From a bacterium (GTDB lineage: Bacteria > Desulfobacterota > JADFVX01), in NCBI GenBank assembly GCA_032250935.1, contig JAVVFD010000002.1, forward strand, positions 1 to 58,505: a stretch of 58,505 nt of DNA. Direction: 5' to 3'. The position numbers and the translations under genes were made by a program. Every line of letters starts with the position of its first letter. Position 1 is the first letter of the stretch. A model generated the notes under the pieces. It was given only the letters and a program-made list of their open reading frames with translations. It made no database searches and was not told the DNA's origin. Shown piece by piece: positions 29,229-38,585 of this stretch.

Positions 29229-29448
29229 TTAATCTGTTCCTTATTATCTGGTTTAATATGTTTTTTTTGAGCTGAATCGTGTCGCAAGGCTATCAAAATA
29301 AGGTGAAATCGTCAATAGACAAAGAGTGGCAGCAATGTTTTTGAAGCGCTTGGCAGGGGTATATGGAGCCGGCTTTGTTTTAAGTTGATTAGGGGCGCTG
29401 TCAAAGGTAGACGACGTCTCTTAAGCTCTTTAGTTTGATACAATTTAA

Positions 29449-29477
29449 TTGACACATCTGCAATGATTTGTTAGTTT
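29449..29477 (+). promoter_or_regulatory. candidate sigma-70 promoter for the hpf-PTS operon
   Basis: TTGACA at 29449-29454, a 17-nt spacer ending in TGt, and TAGTTT at 29472-29477 (extended -10 like). It lies about 40 nt upstream of hpf. Confidence 0.4.
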
Positions 29478-29516
29478 TTGACTAAGATTTAAACTTATAT
29501 CAGGAGGATTTTTGTT

Positions 29517-30062
29517 ATGCAGGTTTCTGTTACATTCAAGCACTTGGAGCCGACCGATGCTATAAGGTCTTATGCCGAGGGTAAGGTTACCAAAACAAAA
29601 AAATATCTTGATAATCCTGTAGATGCGAATGTTGTCCTTTCGGTGGAGAAATTCCGCCATATTGCGGAAGTAAACCTTATGGTAAACGGGCTTGCCATTT
29701 CTGCGACCGATGCGACGGAAGATATGTATTCTTCCATTGATAATGTTATGGACAAGATCGAAAGACAGCTTAGAAGGCACAAGGAAAGGATAAAGAGGCA
29801 TAAGCCCAGAGTTAGTGCAGTTGAATCGATGATTGAAGAGTCTGTCTATATGGTTGAGAGTTTTGATACTGAAGCCAAGCCGGAAGTTATAAGGATGGAG
29901 GATTTTTTTGCAAAACCTATGTCAGTTGAGGAAGCCCTTATGCAGCTGGACTTGTTACACAGGGAGTTTTTTGTATTCACTAATGACCTTAGTAACAGCA
30001 TAGCTGTGGTTTATAAAAGAAAAGACGGTAATTACGGCCTTATTGAACCCGGACAGGCATAG
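29517..30062 (+). CDS. hpf: ribosome hibernation promoting factor (long form)
   Basis: Sigma-54 modulation/S30AE N-domain (MQVSVTFKHLEPTDAIRSYA) plus a long-HPF C-terminal domain. 181 aa. Confidence 0.88.
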   Translation: MQVSVTFKHLEPTDAIRSYAEGKVTKTKKYLDNPVDANVVLSVEKFRHIAEVNLMVNGLAISATDATEDMYSSIDNVMDKIERQLRRHKERIKRHKPRVSAVESMIEESVYMVESFDTEAKPEVIRMEDFFAKPMSVEEALMQLDLLHREFFVFTNDLSNSIAVVYKRKDGNYGLIEPGQA

Positions 30063-30076
30063 GGGCTTTAAGGTAA

Positions 30077-30538
30077 ATGAAAATCCTTGATATACTGGAT
30101 GAAGAGTTGATAATTTCAGATTTAAAGGCCGGAGGCAAAAAAGAAGCCATAGAAGAGATGGCAAAACTTGCCGTAAGGCAGGATGAACGATTGAATCTTG
30201 ACCTGCTGCTGGACGTGCTTCTTGAAAGAGAGAAGCTGGGCAGCACAGGAATTGGAGACGGTGTGGCTATTCCCCATGGTAAGGTTCCCGGGATTGATGA
30301 AGTTATAGCCGTTTTTGCCCGAAGCACCGAAGGTATCGACTTTGAGTCAATGGATGATAGGAAGGCTCACCTCTTTTTTCTTCTCATCGCGCCTGAAAAT
30401 TCTTCCGGAACCCATCTTAAGGCGCTGGCAAAAATTTCAAGACTCATGAAAGAGCCTCAGTTCAGAATGGGACTGATGGAGGCGAAATCAAGGGAAGAAA
30501 TATTTAGAGCCTTTTCTGAAGAGGATTCCAAATACTGA
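30077..30538 (+). CDS. ptsN: PTS EIIA-Ntr
   Basis: Phosphorylation-site context GIGDGVAIPHGKV. 153 aa. It follows hpf, as is typical. Confidence 0.88.
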   Translation: MKILDILDEELIISDLKAGGKKEAIEEMAKLAVRQDERLNLDLLLDVLLEREKLGSTGIGDGVAIPHGKVPGIDEVIAVFARSTEGIDFESMDDRKAHLFFLLIAPENSSGTHLKALAKISRLMKEPQFRMGLMEAKSREEIFRAFSEEDSKY

Positions 30539-30617
30539 GGCATGGTCATGGAACGATGTCATTGAATCTGCTATCTCTTCCTGTCTCTCTTTCCTCAAAC
30601 CTGCCAATCTTTAATAT

Positions 30618-31550
30618 ATGAATCTATTTACGGTAAAAGACCTTCTTGAAGATACTCGCTATAAGTTAAAGCTGGAGATTATCTCAGGATCAAAAGGTCT
30701 TGAAAATAAGATATCTTCCACCAAGATTCAAAAACCTGGTCTTGCTCTTTCCGGATTTACCGATCATCTCCACAGGGAAAGGGTCCAAACACTCGGAAAT
30801 ACCGAGATGTCCTATCTGGAAAGTCTCTCCTACGAGCAGCGCATTCTGGCAATAAAGGTGCTCTTCTCTCTGGGGCTTAGCTGCTTTATTGTAACCTTTG
30901 GCCTGCCTGTCCCGGAAGAATTAAGCCGGGAAGCCGAGCTTACCGATACCCCCCTCATGAGGACCAGTCTGCCAACAGATAAGCTGACTACCAAGGTTAT
31001 AAGCCTTCTTGAGGAAAGGCTGACAGAATCAAGGAGTGTCCATGGCGTGCTTGTCGATGTCCTCGGCATAGGCATCCTCATAATGGGGAAAAGCGGCGTT
31101 GGCAAGAGCGAATGTGCCCTTGACCTTATATCGAAGGGGCACAGGCTTGTTGCCGACGATATGGTTCTGGTAAGAAAGATTCTGCCGAACAATATACTAG
31201 GCAGCAGTCCCGATCTTATAAGATATCATATGGAGATTAGAGGGCTTGGAATAATCAATATCAAGGATATCTTCGGCAACACTGCCGTAAGGGTGGAAAA
31301 ACAGGTTGATATGGTGGTTCGCCTTGTGGAGTGGGACGCCAGCTATGAATATGACAGGTTGGGTCTTGATGAGGAGACCTATCCCTTGTTTGATGTGGAG
31401 CTTCCCGTTATTACTCTCCCTGTTTCGCCGGGAAGGAACATGACCACCATTATTGAGGTTGCGGCCAGGAACCATATCTTGAGGATTATGGGGCGCAACC
31501 CTGCCCTTGAGTTTGAAAAGAGCTTGAAAGATGAAATGATGGGAGAATGA
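30618..31550 (+). CDS. hprK: HPr kinase/phosphorylase
   Basis: Walker A GKSGVGKSE, followed by HRLVADD and an EIRGLGIINI segment. 310 aa. Confidence 0.9.
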   Translation: MNLFTVKDLLEDTRYKLKLEIISGSKGLENKISSTKIQKPGLALSGFTDHLHRERVQTLGNTEMSYLESLSYEQRILAIKVLFSLGLSCFIVTFGLPVPEELSREAELTDTPLMRTSLPTDKLTTKVISLLEERLTESRSVHGVLVDVLGIGILIMGKSGVGKSECALDLISKGHRLVADDMVLVRKILPNNILGSSPDLIRYHMEIRGLGIINIKDIFGNTAVRVEKQVDMVVRLVEWDASYEYDRLGLDEETYPLFDVELPVITLPVSPGRNMTTIIEVAARNHILRIMGRNPALEFEKSLKDEMMGE

Positions 31551-31602
31551 TTCGCCTTTTATTTATAGGGGGTACGTATATGTTTTATACTAAGCTTGTT
31601 AT

Positions 31603-32004
31603 ATGTTAGGTTTTGTTGTAGTGACACACGGTAACCTTGCCAGCGAACTTATTGCTACTACGGAAATGATAGTCGGGCAGATGGAGGGGGTGATGGCTGT
31701 CTCCATAGTTCCTTCATGCACTCAGGAAGACGCTAGGCAGAAGATAGGCGAGGCGGTAGAATTGGTGGATAAGGGCAAAGGTGTTCTTATCCTGACAGAT
31801 CTCTTTGGCGGGACTCCATCCAATTTGAGCATCTCCTTTCTTGAAGATAAAAAGGTGGAGATCGTTACCGGTGTAAATCTGCCCATGATGATGAAGTTGC
31901 CTAATGTAAGGGAAAATCTGGATATTGATGATACGGCAAAGCTGCTTCAATCCTATGCGCGGGAAAATATATCAATTGCAGGGGAGCTGCTGAAGGGCAA
32001 TTAG
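31603..32004 (+). CDS. PTS EIIA, mannose/fructose family
   Basis: N-terminal VVVTHGNLA active-site His context. 133 aa. Confidence 0.8.
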   Translation: MLGFVVVTHGNLASELIATTEMIVGQMEGVMAVSIVPSCTQEDARQKIGEAVELVDKGKGVLILTDLFGGTPSNLSISFLEDKKVEIVTGVNLPMMMKLPNVRENLDIDDTAKLLQSYARENISIAGELLKGN

Positions 32005-32144
32005 CTGTCCTTAGAGATCACAGATGGATAAGCATAAAGATTAAACCGGAGAGCTGTCATGAAATTGATGGCTCTTTTGCGCCCCTGGAGCTATTGCTTT
32101 TTCTGTTTTGCCTAAAGGGAGTTATTTGAAAAAAATTTAAAGGT

Positions 32145-32426
32145 ATGAGCGTTAACATGGAGATGAGAGATCTGACAATAAAGAATAAGTTGGGCCTGCA
32201 TGCAAGGGCAGCCGCTTTGCTGGTAAAGACTACGAACTCATTTGAATCGGAAGTGGTCCTGGAAAAGGACGGACAGAGGGTTAATGGTAAAAGTATTATG
32301 GGCGTCATGATGTTGGCCGCAGCAAAGGGCAGTGCTTTAAAGGTTGAAGCGGTCGGCCCTGATGCCCTCGAAGTTGTGAATAAACTTGAAGCCCTTGTCG
32401 ATGACCGGTTTGGAGAGGGTGAATGA
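32145..32426 (+). CDS. ptsH: phosphocarrier protein HPr
   Basis: His-15 context KLGLHARAAA and Ser-46 context NGKSIMGVM. Confidence 0.88.
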   Translation: MSVNMEMRDLTIKNKLGLHARAAALLVKTTNSFESEVVLEKDGQRVNGKSIMGVMMLAAAKGSALKVEAVGPDALEVVNKLEALVDDRFGEGE

Positions 32427-34207
32427 TAAAGATTATTAAAGACCTCTTTTTTGACGGGATAGGCATTTCTCCCGGCATAGTGATAGGCAAGGTTAAGCTT
32501 ATAGATCGAGCCAGGATGCAGGTCTCTGAAAGGCGGATCGGGAAAAAAGATGTTGAGGCGGAAGTAGGGCGCTTTAATGATGCTCTTTTAAAATCAAAGG
32601 AACAGCTTGAGCGGATAAAAAGTAAGGCCTTTGGCGATGAGCAAAAAGATCACCATTTTATAATAGATGTTCATCTTATGATGCTTGAAGATAAACTTCT
32701 GGTTGAGGATACGATCAGGAACATCACACTTGAAAAGGTTAACGCCGAATGGGCGCTGACAATGGTCGTTGACGAACTGAAGAAGATCTTTGAAAATATC
32801 GACGACTATTACCTTCGTCAGAGAAGCGGCGATATAAACTATGTTGGCGAGATGATCCTTAGGAATCTTGCCGGCAAGGGGCAGGAGAGGATATCGAATA
32901 TAGATGAAAAGGTGGTTCTTGTTGCCCACGACCTCTCGCCTGCCGATACGGCCCAGATGAACAAGGATCAGATCATAGGTTTTGCTACAGATATCGGCGG
33001 ACAGACCTCTCATACGGCAATTATAGCGCGGGCTCTTGAGATTCCGGCTGTTGGCGGCCTTGAGGATATCAGTGCCAGGGTCAAGAGTGGAGACCATATA
33101 ATTGTGGACGGCCTTTCCGGCAAGGTCGTAATAAATCCGGGGGAAAAAGTTTTCAAGGAATATCTTGCCAGGCAGCAGAGATATGAATATATCGAGAAGG
33201 AAGTTCATAAATATTCCAAGCTTCCCGCTGAAACGCTTGATGGCAAGAGGATGCATGTTGCCGGGAATATAGAGATAGTAGAGGAGATACCGTCCCTGAT
33301 AAATCATGGCGGCGAAGGGATAGGGCTGTACAGGACCGAATTTATTTATATGAATAGAACTATGCCGCCAACAGAAGAGGAGCATCTCGAAATATACAGG
33401 AACGTGCTTGAAAAGGTTGCCCCCAACCCTGTTACGATAAGGACTCTGGATATAGGGATGGATAAACTCGTCTCTTTTTTCAATAACCCTTCAGAGCTAA
33501 ACCCTGCGCTGGGGCTGCGCTCCATACGCTTTTGCCTGCAGGAACCGGCAATATTCAAGACCCAGCTAAGGGGAATGCTAAGGGCCAGCGCTCATGGCAG
33601 GATGAAGATTATGTTTCCGATGATTTCAGGCTTGGGTGAACTGAGGGCTGCAAAGGCGGCTCTCGATGAGGCGAGACGCGAGCTCAAGCATGAAGGCATC
33701 GCATATGATGAGAACCTGGAGGTGGGGATAATGATTGAAGTCCCTTCTGCCGTTCTTGTGGCAGACCTGCTAGCAAAGGAAGTTGATTTTTTCAGCATAG
33801 GCACGAATGATCTGATTCAATATGCCCTTGCCATAGACAGGGTGAATGAACATGTAGCCTACCTGTATGAACCTCTTCATCCCGCTATATTGAGGATGGT
33901 GAAGAACGTCGTTGATGCGGGACATGAAGCCGGAATCAGTGTTGGTATGTGCGGCGAAATGGCTGGCGACCCACTCTATTCGCTCCTCCTTCTGGGAATG
34001 GGGCTGGATTCTCTTAGCATGAACGCTTTTTCAATACCAAGAGTGAAAAAAGTGATTCGCAATATAGATTATGCCGATGCCAGACTGCTTACAGAAAAAA
34101 CCTTGACTCTTTCAACCGCACCGGAGATAAGGGGATTCCTTGTTGATGAGATAAGGGCCCGTTTCAAGGGTGAAATGTGGGATGAATTCAGTATGCTGAC
34201 GAATTAA
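32423..34207 (+). CDS. ptsI: phosphoenolpyruvate--protein phosphotransferase (Enzyme I)
   Basis: Active-site GGQTSHTAIIARALEIPAV, then GTNDLIQY and CGEMAGDP. It has a 4-nt overlap with ptsH. Confidence 0.92.
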   Translation: MIKIIKDLFFDGIGISPGIVIGKVKLIDRARMQVSERRIGKKDVEAEVGRFNDALLKSKEQLERIKSKAFGDEQKDHHFIIDVHLMMLEDKLLVEDTIRNITLEKVNAEWALTMVVDELKKIFENIDDYYLRQRSGDINYVGEMILRNLAGKGQERISNIDEKVVLVAHDLSPADTAQMNKDQIIGFATDIGGQTSHTAIIARALEIPAVGGLEDISARVKSGDHIIVDGLSGKVVINPGEKVFKEYLARQQRYEYIEKEVHKYSKLPAETLDGKRMHVAGNIEIVEEIPSLINHGGEGIGLYRTEFIYMNRTMPPTEEEHLEIYRNVLEKVAPNPVTIRTLDIGMDKLVSFFNNPSELNPALGLRSIRFCLQEPAIFKTQLRGMLRASAHGRMKIMFPMISGLGELRAAKAALDEARRELKHEGIAYDENLEVGIMIEVPSAVLVADLLAKEVDFFSIGTNDLIQYALAIDRVNEHVAYLYEPLHPAILRMVKNVVDAGHEAGISVGMCGEMAGDPLYSLLLLGMGLDSLSMNAFSIPRVKKVIRNIDYADARLLTEKTLTLSTAPEIRGFLVDEIRARFKGEMWDEFSMLTN

Positions 34208-34219
34208 TCCATCCTTCCC

Positions 34220-34238
34220 GGCAAAAGGGGCTTTTGCC
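34220..34238 (+). terminator. hairpin after ptsI (weak terminator candidate)
   Basis: GGCAAAAG-ggg-CTTTTGCC, an 8-bp perfect stem. No proper T-tract follows it. Confidence 0.35.
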
Positions 34239-34396
34239 AAGCTTCTTCAGTTTACATCTGGCAATACCTGCCCCGCTTTTAAATTCATTTATGTTTCTTT
34301 AAGATTTTGAGCCCTGGATTTCCTGTTGAGTTTTGCCTTCTATTGTGCTAAGGTCTTTGAGTTGCTATATATCTTTAACTGTATTGTTGCGGTTAA

Positions 34397-34418
34397 ATGG
34401 CGAGGCGACTGTCGCCAT
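34397..34418. promoter_or_regulatory. palindrome ATGGCGA-N8-TCGCCAT, possible activator (UAS) site
   Basis: Perfect 7-bp inverted repeat, about 115 nt (end to start) upstream of the sigma-54-like element at 34533. Confidence 0.25.
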
Positions 34419-34532
34419 AAGGCTATTTCGCGTAGGTAAACTAAGGAGGTCTGATCTCCTGAAATGCCCAAACGGGGTTTTGCGCGCTACCTGCTTGAAA
34501 TTAAATGGACGTTCTCTGTTGGATTTGTTTGT

Positions 34533-34548
34533 TGGTATGGATGTTGCA
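34533..34548 (+). promoter_or_regulatory. candidate sigma-54 (-24/-12) promoter of the NHL-cytochrome operon
   Basis: TGGTAT-GGATG-TTGCA compared with the consensus TGGCAC-N5-TTGCW. GG and GC are at the correct 12-nt offset. It lies 66 nt upstream of ATG 34614. Confidence 0.4.
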
Positions 34549-34613
34549 TTTTTTCTGCATGAGGAATATCTTTATTCAGGCTTGTCAAATGGATAATTAA
34601 CCGGAGGGAGTTT

Positions 34614-37600
34614 ATGGTTCGCAAAAAAAGAAAATATACTGGGTTTATTGCTCTGGCGGCGCTTGTTTTATTTGCCCCGCTCGTGGCGATGGCGTATGAG
34701 CCTCCCTCTTTTGAATATGATTCGTCTTTGCAGCTTTCTTATGCCGGGCGCATGGCTCAGGACTTGGAAGGGAATATATATGTTGCCGATTCCAGGCAGG
34801 GTCGGGTCTATGTTTATGATAAGTACGGGCGCAGTGTTGATACCGTAAACACAATAGCTCAGCCTGCAGCGTTGGCGGCGGGTCCTGCCGGATACATATA
34901 TGTTGCATCACCTCATGGCGTGTATCTCTTGGGTGATAACGGGCAGGCGAGCTCCGTTATCGGTCAGGAAAACTTTGATTCTCCTGTCGACATGGCGATT
35001 GATGCGGCAGGGCAGATTTATCTGCTTGATAGCGGGACTCGTTCGATCAGGGTTTTTACCTCTACAGGTGTTAGTTTGGGAGAATTTGCAGGAGGCTCCG
35101 GTAAATACCCGGTTTCTCTTGCTGTGGGAGTGGATACTGTTTCCGGCGAGGAGTTGGTTTATGTTGGATATTCTGTTGAGTCACTTGATGCCGTTAACAC
35201 GGAAATAGTCATGGTCTTTGACTTGAACTATAATTTGGTCAGATCTTTCGGATCGGCGGTGAAGCTTGCTATATCCGATTCGGGTGCGCCCTCTGGAGAG
35301 GTAGCCAAGGCCGCTGAAATTGCTATCGATGATTTTGGTCGTGTATATCTTGCCGATACCTATGGTAAAAGAGTTGATATCTACAGTGAAAGGGGCGATT
35401 TTCTTGGCGAATATTCTGTCCGTGGCGATAGTTCTCCGGTTAATCTGCTTTTCGATCTGTATGGCAGGCTCTTTGTGTCTCTCTCTTCGGGTAGGATAGA
35501 TATTCTGTCTGTTGATGGTATGAACGTGGCGAATGTTATTCCTACTGCGCCATCGCTTCTTTCTCCGATAGGTGGCATGCGCATTGTATCGGCCACTCCT
35601 GAGCTTGTTGCCGGGAATTCTTCTGATCCCAATATGGATACTCTGGTTTATGAATTTGAGCTTGCATCTGACCCGTCTATGACTAGTAACGTATGGTCTT
35701 CCGGCCCGGTTGCAGAGGGGGGGGATGGATATACTTCGTCCTCTGTCGGCGTAGCTCTGGAGGAAGATCGGGAGTATTTCTGGCGGGTGAGGAGCTTTGA
35801 CGGGACTGAATATTCCCGCTATAGTTATGTTACCAGATTCTTCGTCAATGCAATTAACAGTGCTCCATCGTTTGATTCTTATTCTCCAGAATCCGATAGT
35901 GTTTATGGTTTGTCAGTCGGAGAAACAGTTGGCTTTGCCACAACGGTTAGCGACTCTGACAGGGATAAACTTGCAGTAGCCTGGTTCTTAAACGGTGTTG
36001 AGATTTCCAGCGGTACATCATATTCATATCTGGCGGTAAAAGGCGATGTGGGTGAAAATGTCGTCAAGGTGGTTTTGGCTGACGGTGAGTTTGATGTTGA
36101 GAGGCAGTGGAATGTGACTGTCATGAGACCTAACACGGCTCCTACCTCTCCAGCCCTTAACTCACCTGTCGGTTCTGAGGATGTTCTTAGTGTAAGGCCC
36201 GAACTTTCTATCAGTAACTCCTTTGATGCGGAAGGTGATGCCCTTGTCTATACATTTGAAGTAAGCAGGACAGACAATTTTAGTGACATCGTAGCGACTA
36301 TAAACGATGCTCCTTCCGGGGAAGGTTTTACCATTGCATCGGTGGGCGCAGATCTTGTTGAAAACAGTTTGTATTACTGGAGGGCGAGGGCCTGTGAGAC
36401 TCCTTCGACCGGATCTTTTGTGGCTCAGTACTATTGCAGTAATCCTTCGGCTACGGGCAGTTTTGTTGTAAATACCGTTAATGATCCTGTGGGCGCGCCT
36501 GCTGTCGCCTCTCCTGCTGATGCTGTGCATGTTAATACGCTTGATGGGCAGCTTGTGCTTAGCGTAGATAATGCTATAGATCCAGATTTGAATGACATTG
36601 TTGTCTATGATTTTGAGCTTGCGCTGGATGCGGCCTTTTCGGCTGTGATTTCGCACAATGAAGGGGTTGTTGAGAATGAGACGGGTTCAAGTTCATTTGC
36701 AGTGACAGCGGAATTTGAGGAAAACAGGACCTATTACTGGAGGGCCAGAGCCTCCGATGCGCAGACAGTCAGCGCTTGGGTGTCTACATCCTTTTTTGTT
36801 GATAATTATAATGATGCTCCCACAACTCCTATGGTTGATTCTCCCGTTATGGGGGCGGAGTCGCTTTCATTAAACCCCGTTTTGTCGGTGATTAATTCAG
36901 GGGACCTTAATGGCGATACGCTTTCCTATATCTTTGAAATCGACTCTGCTGAAAATTTCAGTGGCCCTGCAAGGCAGAGATCCGGTCTTATTACCGAAGC
37001 GGATACCATTACATCCTGGGCTACTGTCGCTCCCCTCCTTGATAATACCAGGTATTACTGGAGGGTGAAGGCCAGTGACGGTGTTTCGGAGAGCGGATGG
37101 TCAGTAGTAAATGAGCTTTTTGTTAATCTGTCAAATGACGCCCCCACCGCGCCAGTAGTTAAAGCGCCTTCCGGTGGTGTTGCGGTCAATAGCAATACTC
37201 CTGAGCTGACTGTTTACGCTGCAAACGATTTGGATGCTGATTTGCTGGGGTATAGATATCAGCTTTCAAGAACGGAAAGCTTTTCTTCGGTCGATATTGA
37301 GTCCGGCCTTGAGGGTCTTGCCTGGAATGTTGACGCGCAACTTGAGGAGAACGCCACTTATTACTGGAGATCCAGGGCGATAGATGAGCATGGTCTTTCC
37401 GGCGCATGGTCCGCAAAGGGCCAGTTTATGGTTAATGTAGTAAATGAACACCCCAGCGCTCCAGTGGCTGGTTCTTACACCTATAACTCCGGAGATGAGG
37501 TGCTTCTTCAGATAGGAAGCGCCGTCGACCCCGACGGGGATACTCTGAGCTATTTCGTTGAGCTTTATTCTGACAGGGGTATGACAGCAATTGCATACTC

Positions 37601-37799
37601 TGAAGAAGCTGTTGCCGGGGGCGCGGAAACTATCTCTAATGCCGGCGTCCTTAATCCTGGAGTCTATTACTGGAGGGTAAGGGCCTTTGACGGTGAAGTC
37701 TTCGGAAGCTGGAGCGATACAAGGATAATCAGGGTTAACACTCCCGGACTCACTGGACATGATCGTGCTGATAAGGCCCAAGGGCATAAAAGGTTCTAA
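34614..37799 (+). CDS. secreted NHL-repeat beta-propeller protein with an Ig-like domain and six FN3-like tandem repeats
   Basis: Signal peptide (ALAALVLFAPLVAMA). NHL-like blades: IYVADSRQGRVYVYDKYG, IYLLDSGTRSIRVFTSTG and VYLADTYGKRVDIYSERG. These are followed by six repeats of about 100-120 aa each. Confidence 0.8.
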   Translation: MVRKKRKYTGFIALAALVLFAPLVAMAYEPPSFEYDSSLQLSYAGRMAQDLEGNIYVADSRQGRVYVYDKYGRSVDTVNTIAQPAALAAGPAGYIYVASPHGVYLLGDNGQASSVIGQENFDSPVDMAIDAAGQIYLLDSGTRSIRVFTSTGVSLGEFAGGSGKYPVSLAVGVDTVSGEELVYVGYSVESLDAVNTEIVMVFDLNYNLVRSFGSAVKLAISDSGAPSGEVAKAAEIAIDDFGRVYLADTYGKRVDIYSERGDFLGEYSVRGDSSPVNLLFDLYGRLFVSLSSGRIDILSVDGMNVANVIPTAPSLLSPIGGMRIVSATPELVAGNSSDPNMDTLVYEFELASDPSMTSNVWSSGPVAEGGDGYTSSSVGVALEEDREYFWRVRSFDGTEYSRYSYVTRFFVNAINSAPSFDSYSPESDSVYGLSVGETVGFATTVSDSDRDKLAVAWFLNGVEISSGTSYSYLAVKGDVGENVVKVVLADGEFDVERQWNVTVMRPNTAPTSPALNSPVGSEDVLSVRPELSISNSFDAEGDALVYTFEVSRTDNFSDIVATINDAPSGEGFTIASVGADLVENSLYYWRARACETPSTGSFVAQYYCSNPSATGSFVVNTVNDPVGAPAVASPADAVHVNTLDGQLVLSVDNAIDPDLNDIVVYDFELALDAAFSAVISHNEGVVENETGSSSFAVTAEFEENRTYYWRARASDAQTVSAWVSTSFFVDNYNDAPTTPMVDSPVMGAESLSLNPVLSVINSGDLNGDTLSYIFEIDSAENFSGPARQRSGLITEADTITSWATVAPLLDNTRYYWRVKASDGVSESGWSVVNELFVNLSNDAPTAPVVKAPSGGVAVNSNTPELTVYAANDLDADLLGYRYQLSRTESFSSVDIESGLEGLAWNVDAQLEENATYYWRSRAIDEHGLSGAWSAKGQFMVNVVNEHPSAPVAGSYTYNSGDEVLLQIGSAVDPDGDTLSYFVELYSDRGMTAIAYSEEAVAGGAETISNAGVLNPGVYYWRVRAFDGEVFGSWSDTRIIRVNTPGLTGHDRADKAQGHKRF
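35541..37742 (+). repeat. six protein-level tandem repeats (with one Ig-like insert) in the NHL protein
   Basis: Recurrent signature PEL..(D/N)xDxDxLxYxFE...(E/D)N..YYWR(A/V)RAxD....WS....F.VNxxNxAPxxP. It occurs at aa 310-418, 508-628, 629-738, 739-846, 847-949 and 950-1043. The insert is at aa 419-507. Confidence 0.8.
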
Positions 37800-37810
37800 G
37801 AGGAGACAAG

Positions 37811-38566
37811 GTGAAAAATAAGACTGAATATGCAAAGAGAAGTTATGGACTGCTTTGGATTATTGCCGGAGTTTTGATTGTGGTTGGGTCGGCCAGACCT
37901 GCTTTAGCTGTAAAGGTTATTGATGTGTCAGCTACCAAGCATAATCTTGGTTCCGGTACTCCTGTAACATCAAACTGGTACTCAACTGATGAGTCTGAGG
38001 TATGCGTCTTCTGTCATACTCCTCATAATGCCATAAGTAATTATCCGCTTTGGAACCAGTATTCAACTACGATGAGCTTTACAGTTTACAGCAGTGGAAC
38101 CCTTACGGCCGGTGTTTATGCTACCGGACTTCTTCCAGCAAACTCCATGTCCAGGCTCTGTCTTTCCTGTCATGAAGGGACTATCGCGATAAACGCTCTT
38201 GCTAATCCCGGCAGTACTGTCGGCAGGCCTGCGATGGCAGGTGGGATCTCCGGTGATCAGTTTTCAGATGTTTTGCCAGCTGGGGCGGGCGCCTATCTGT
38301 CTTCTGACCTTTCTGCCATGCACCCGATCGGTTTCGACTATAACCTCTCCGATGCCGGTGACCCGGAGATTAATGATATTACCACCGGGCCGCTTGCGCA
38401 GGGCTTGAAGTTTATCAAGGGCGCGGGGGGAGAGGATTTTCTAGAATGCGTGACCTGTCACGATCCACACGTTAATGGAGAGGCAACGGGTGATCCGGAC
38501 TATAAATTCTTTTTACGCATACCGAATAAATCAAGTGCACTTTGCTTGGCCTGTCATAATAAGTGA
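37811..38566 (+). CDS. secreted tetrahaem cytochrome c, 'doubled/paired CXXCH' type
   Basis: GTG start behind an AGGAGA RBS, with a signal peptide ending ALA-VK. Motifs are CVFCHTPHN, CLSCH, CVTCHDPH and CLACH. The KHNL...CxFCHTPH context is typical of the paired-CXXCH family seen in Geobacter-type cytochromes. Confidence 0.85.
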   Translation: MKNKTEYAKRSYGLLWIIAGVLIVVGSARPALAVKVIDVSATKHNLGSGTPVTSNWYSTDESEVCVFCHTPHNAISNYPLWNQYSTTMSFTVYSSGTLTAGVYATGLLPANSMSRLCLSCHEGTIAINALANPGSTVGRPAMAGGISGDQFSDVLPAGAGAYLSSDLSAMHPIGFDYNLSDAGDPEINDITTGPLAQGLKFIKGAGGEDFLECVTCHDPHVNGEATGDPDYKFFLRIPNKSSALCLACHNK

Positions 38567-38585
38567 TTAATTAACTGCGGAGGAA

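Noticed and set aside
32594-33385. 263-aa ORF antisense to ptsI.
   Set aside because: ptsI is unambiguous on the + strand, with active-site motifs. The antisense product has no recognisable features and no RBS.
34259-34272. TGGCAATACCTGCC as a sigma-54 promoter.
   Set aside because: The GG-to-GC offset is 10 nt instead of 12, so the spacing is wrong for a -24/-12 promoter.
34333-34596. 87-aa ORF in the 406-nt leader upstream of the NHL gene.
   Set aside because: It has a non-ATG start, no RBS and no motifs. It overlaps the candidate sigma-54 promoter and palindrome, so the region is more plausibly regulatory.
36162-37835. Antisense ORFs (36162-36656, 37266-37835) within the NHL/FN3 gene.
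   Set aside because: These are shadow ORFs opposite a repeat-rich gene with a clear signal peptide and domain structure.
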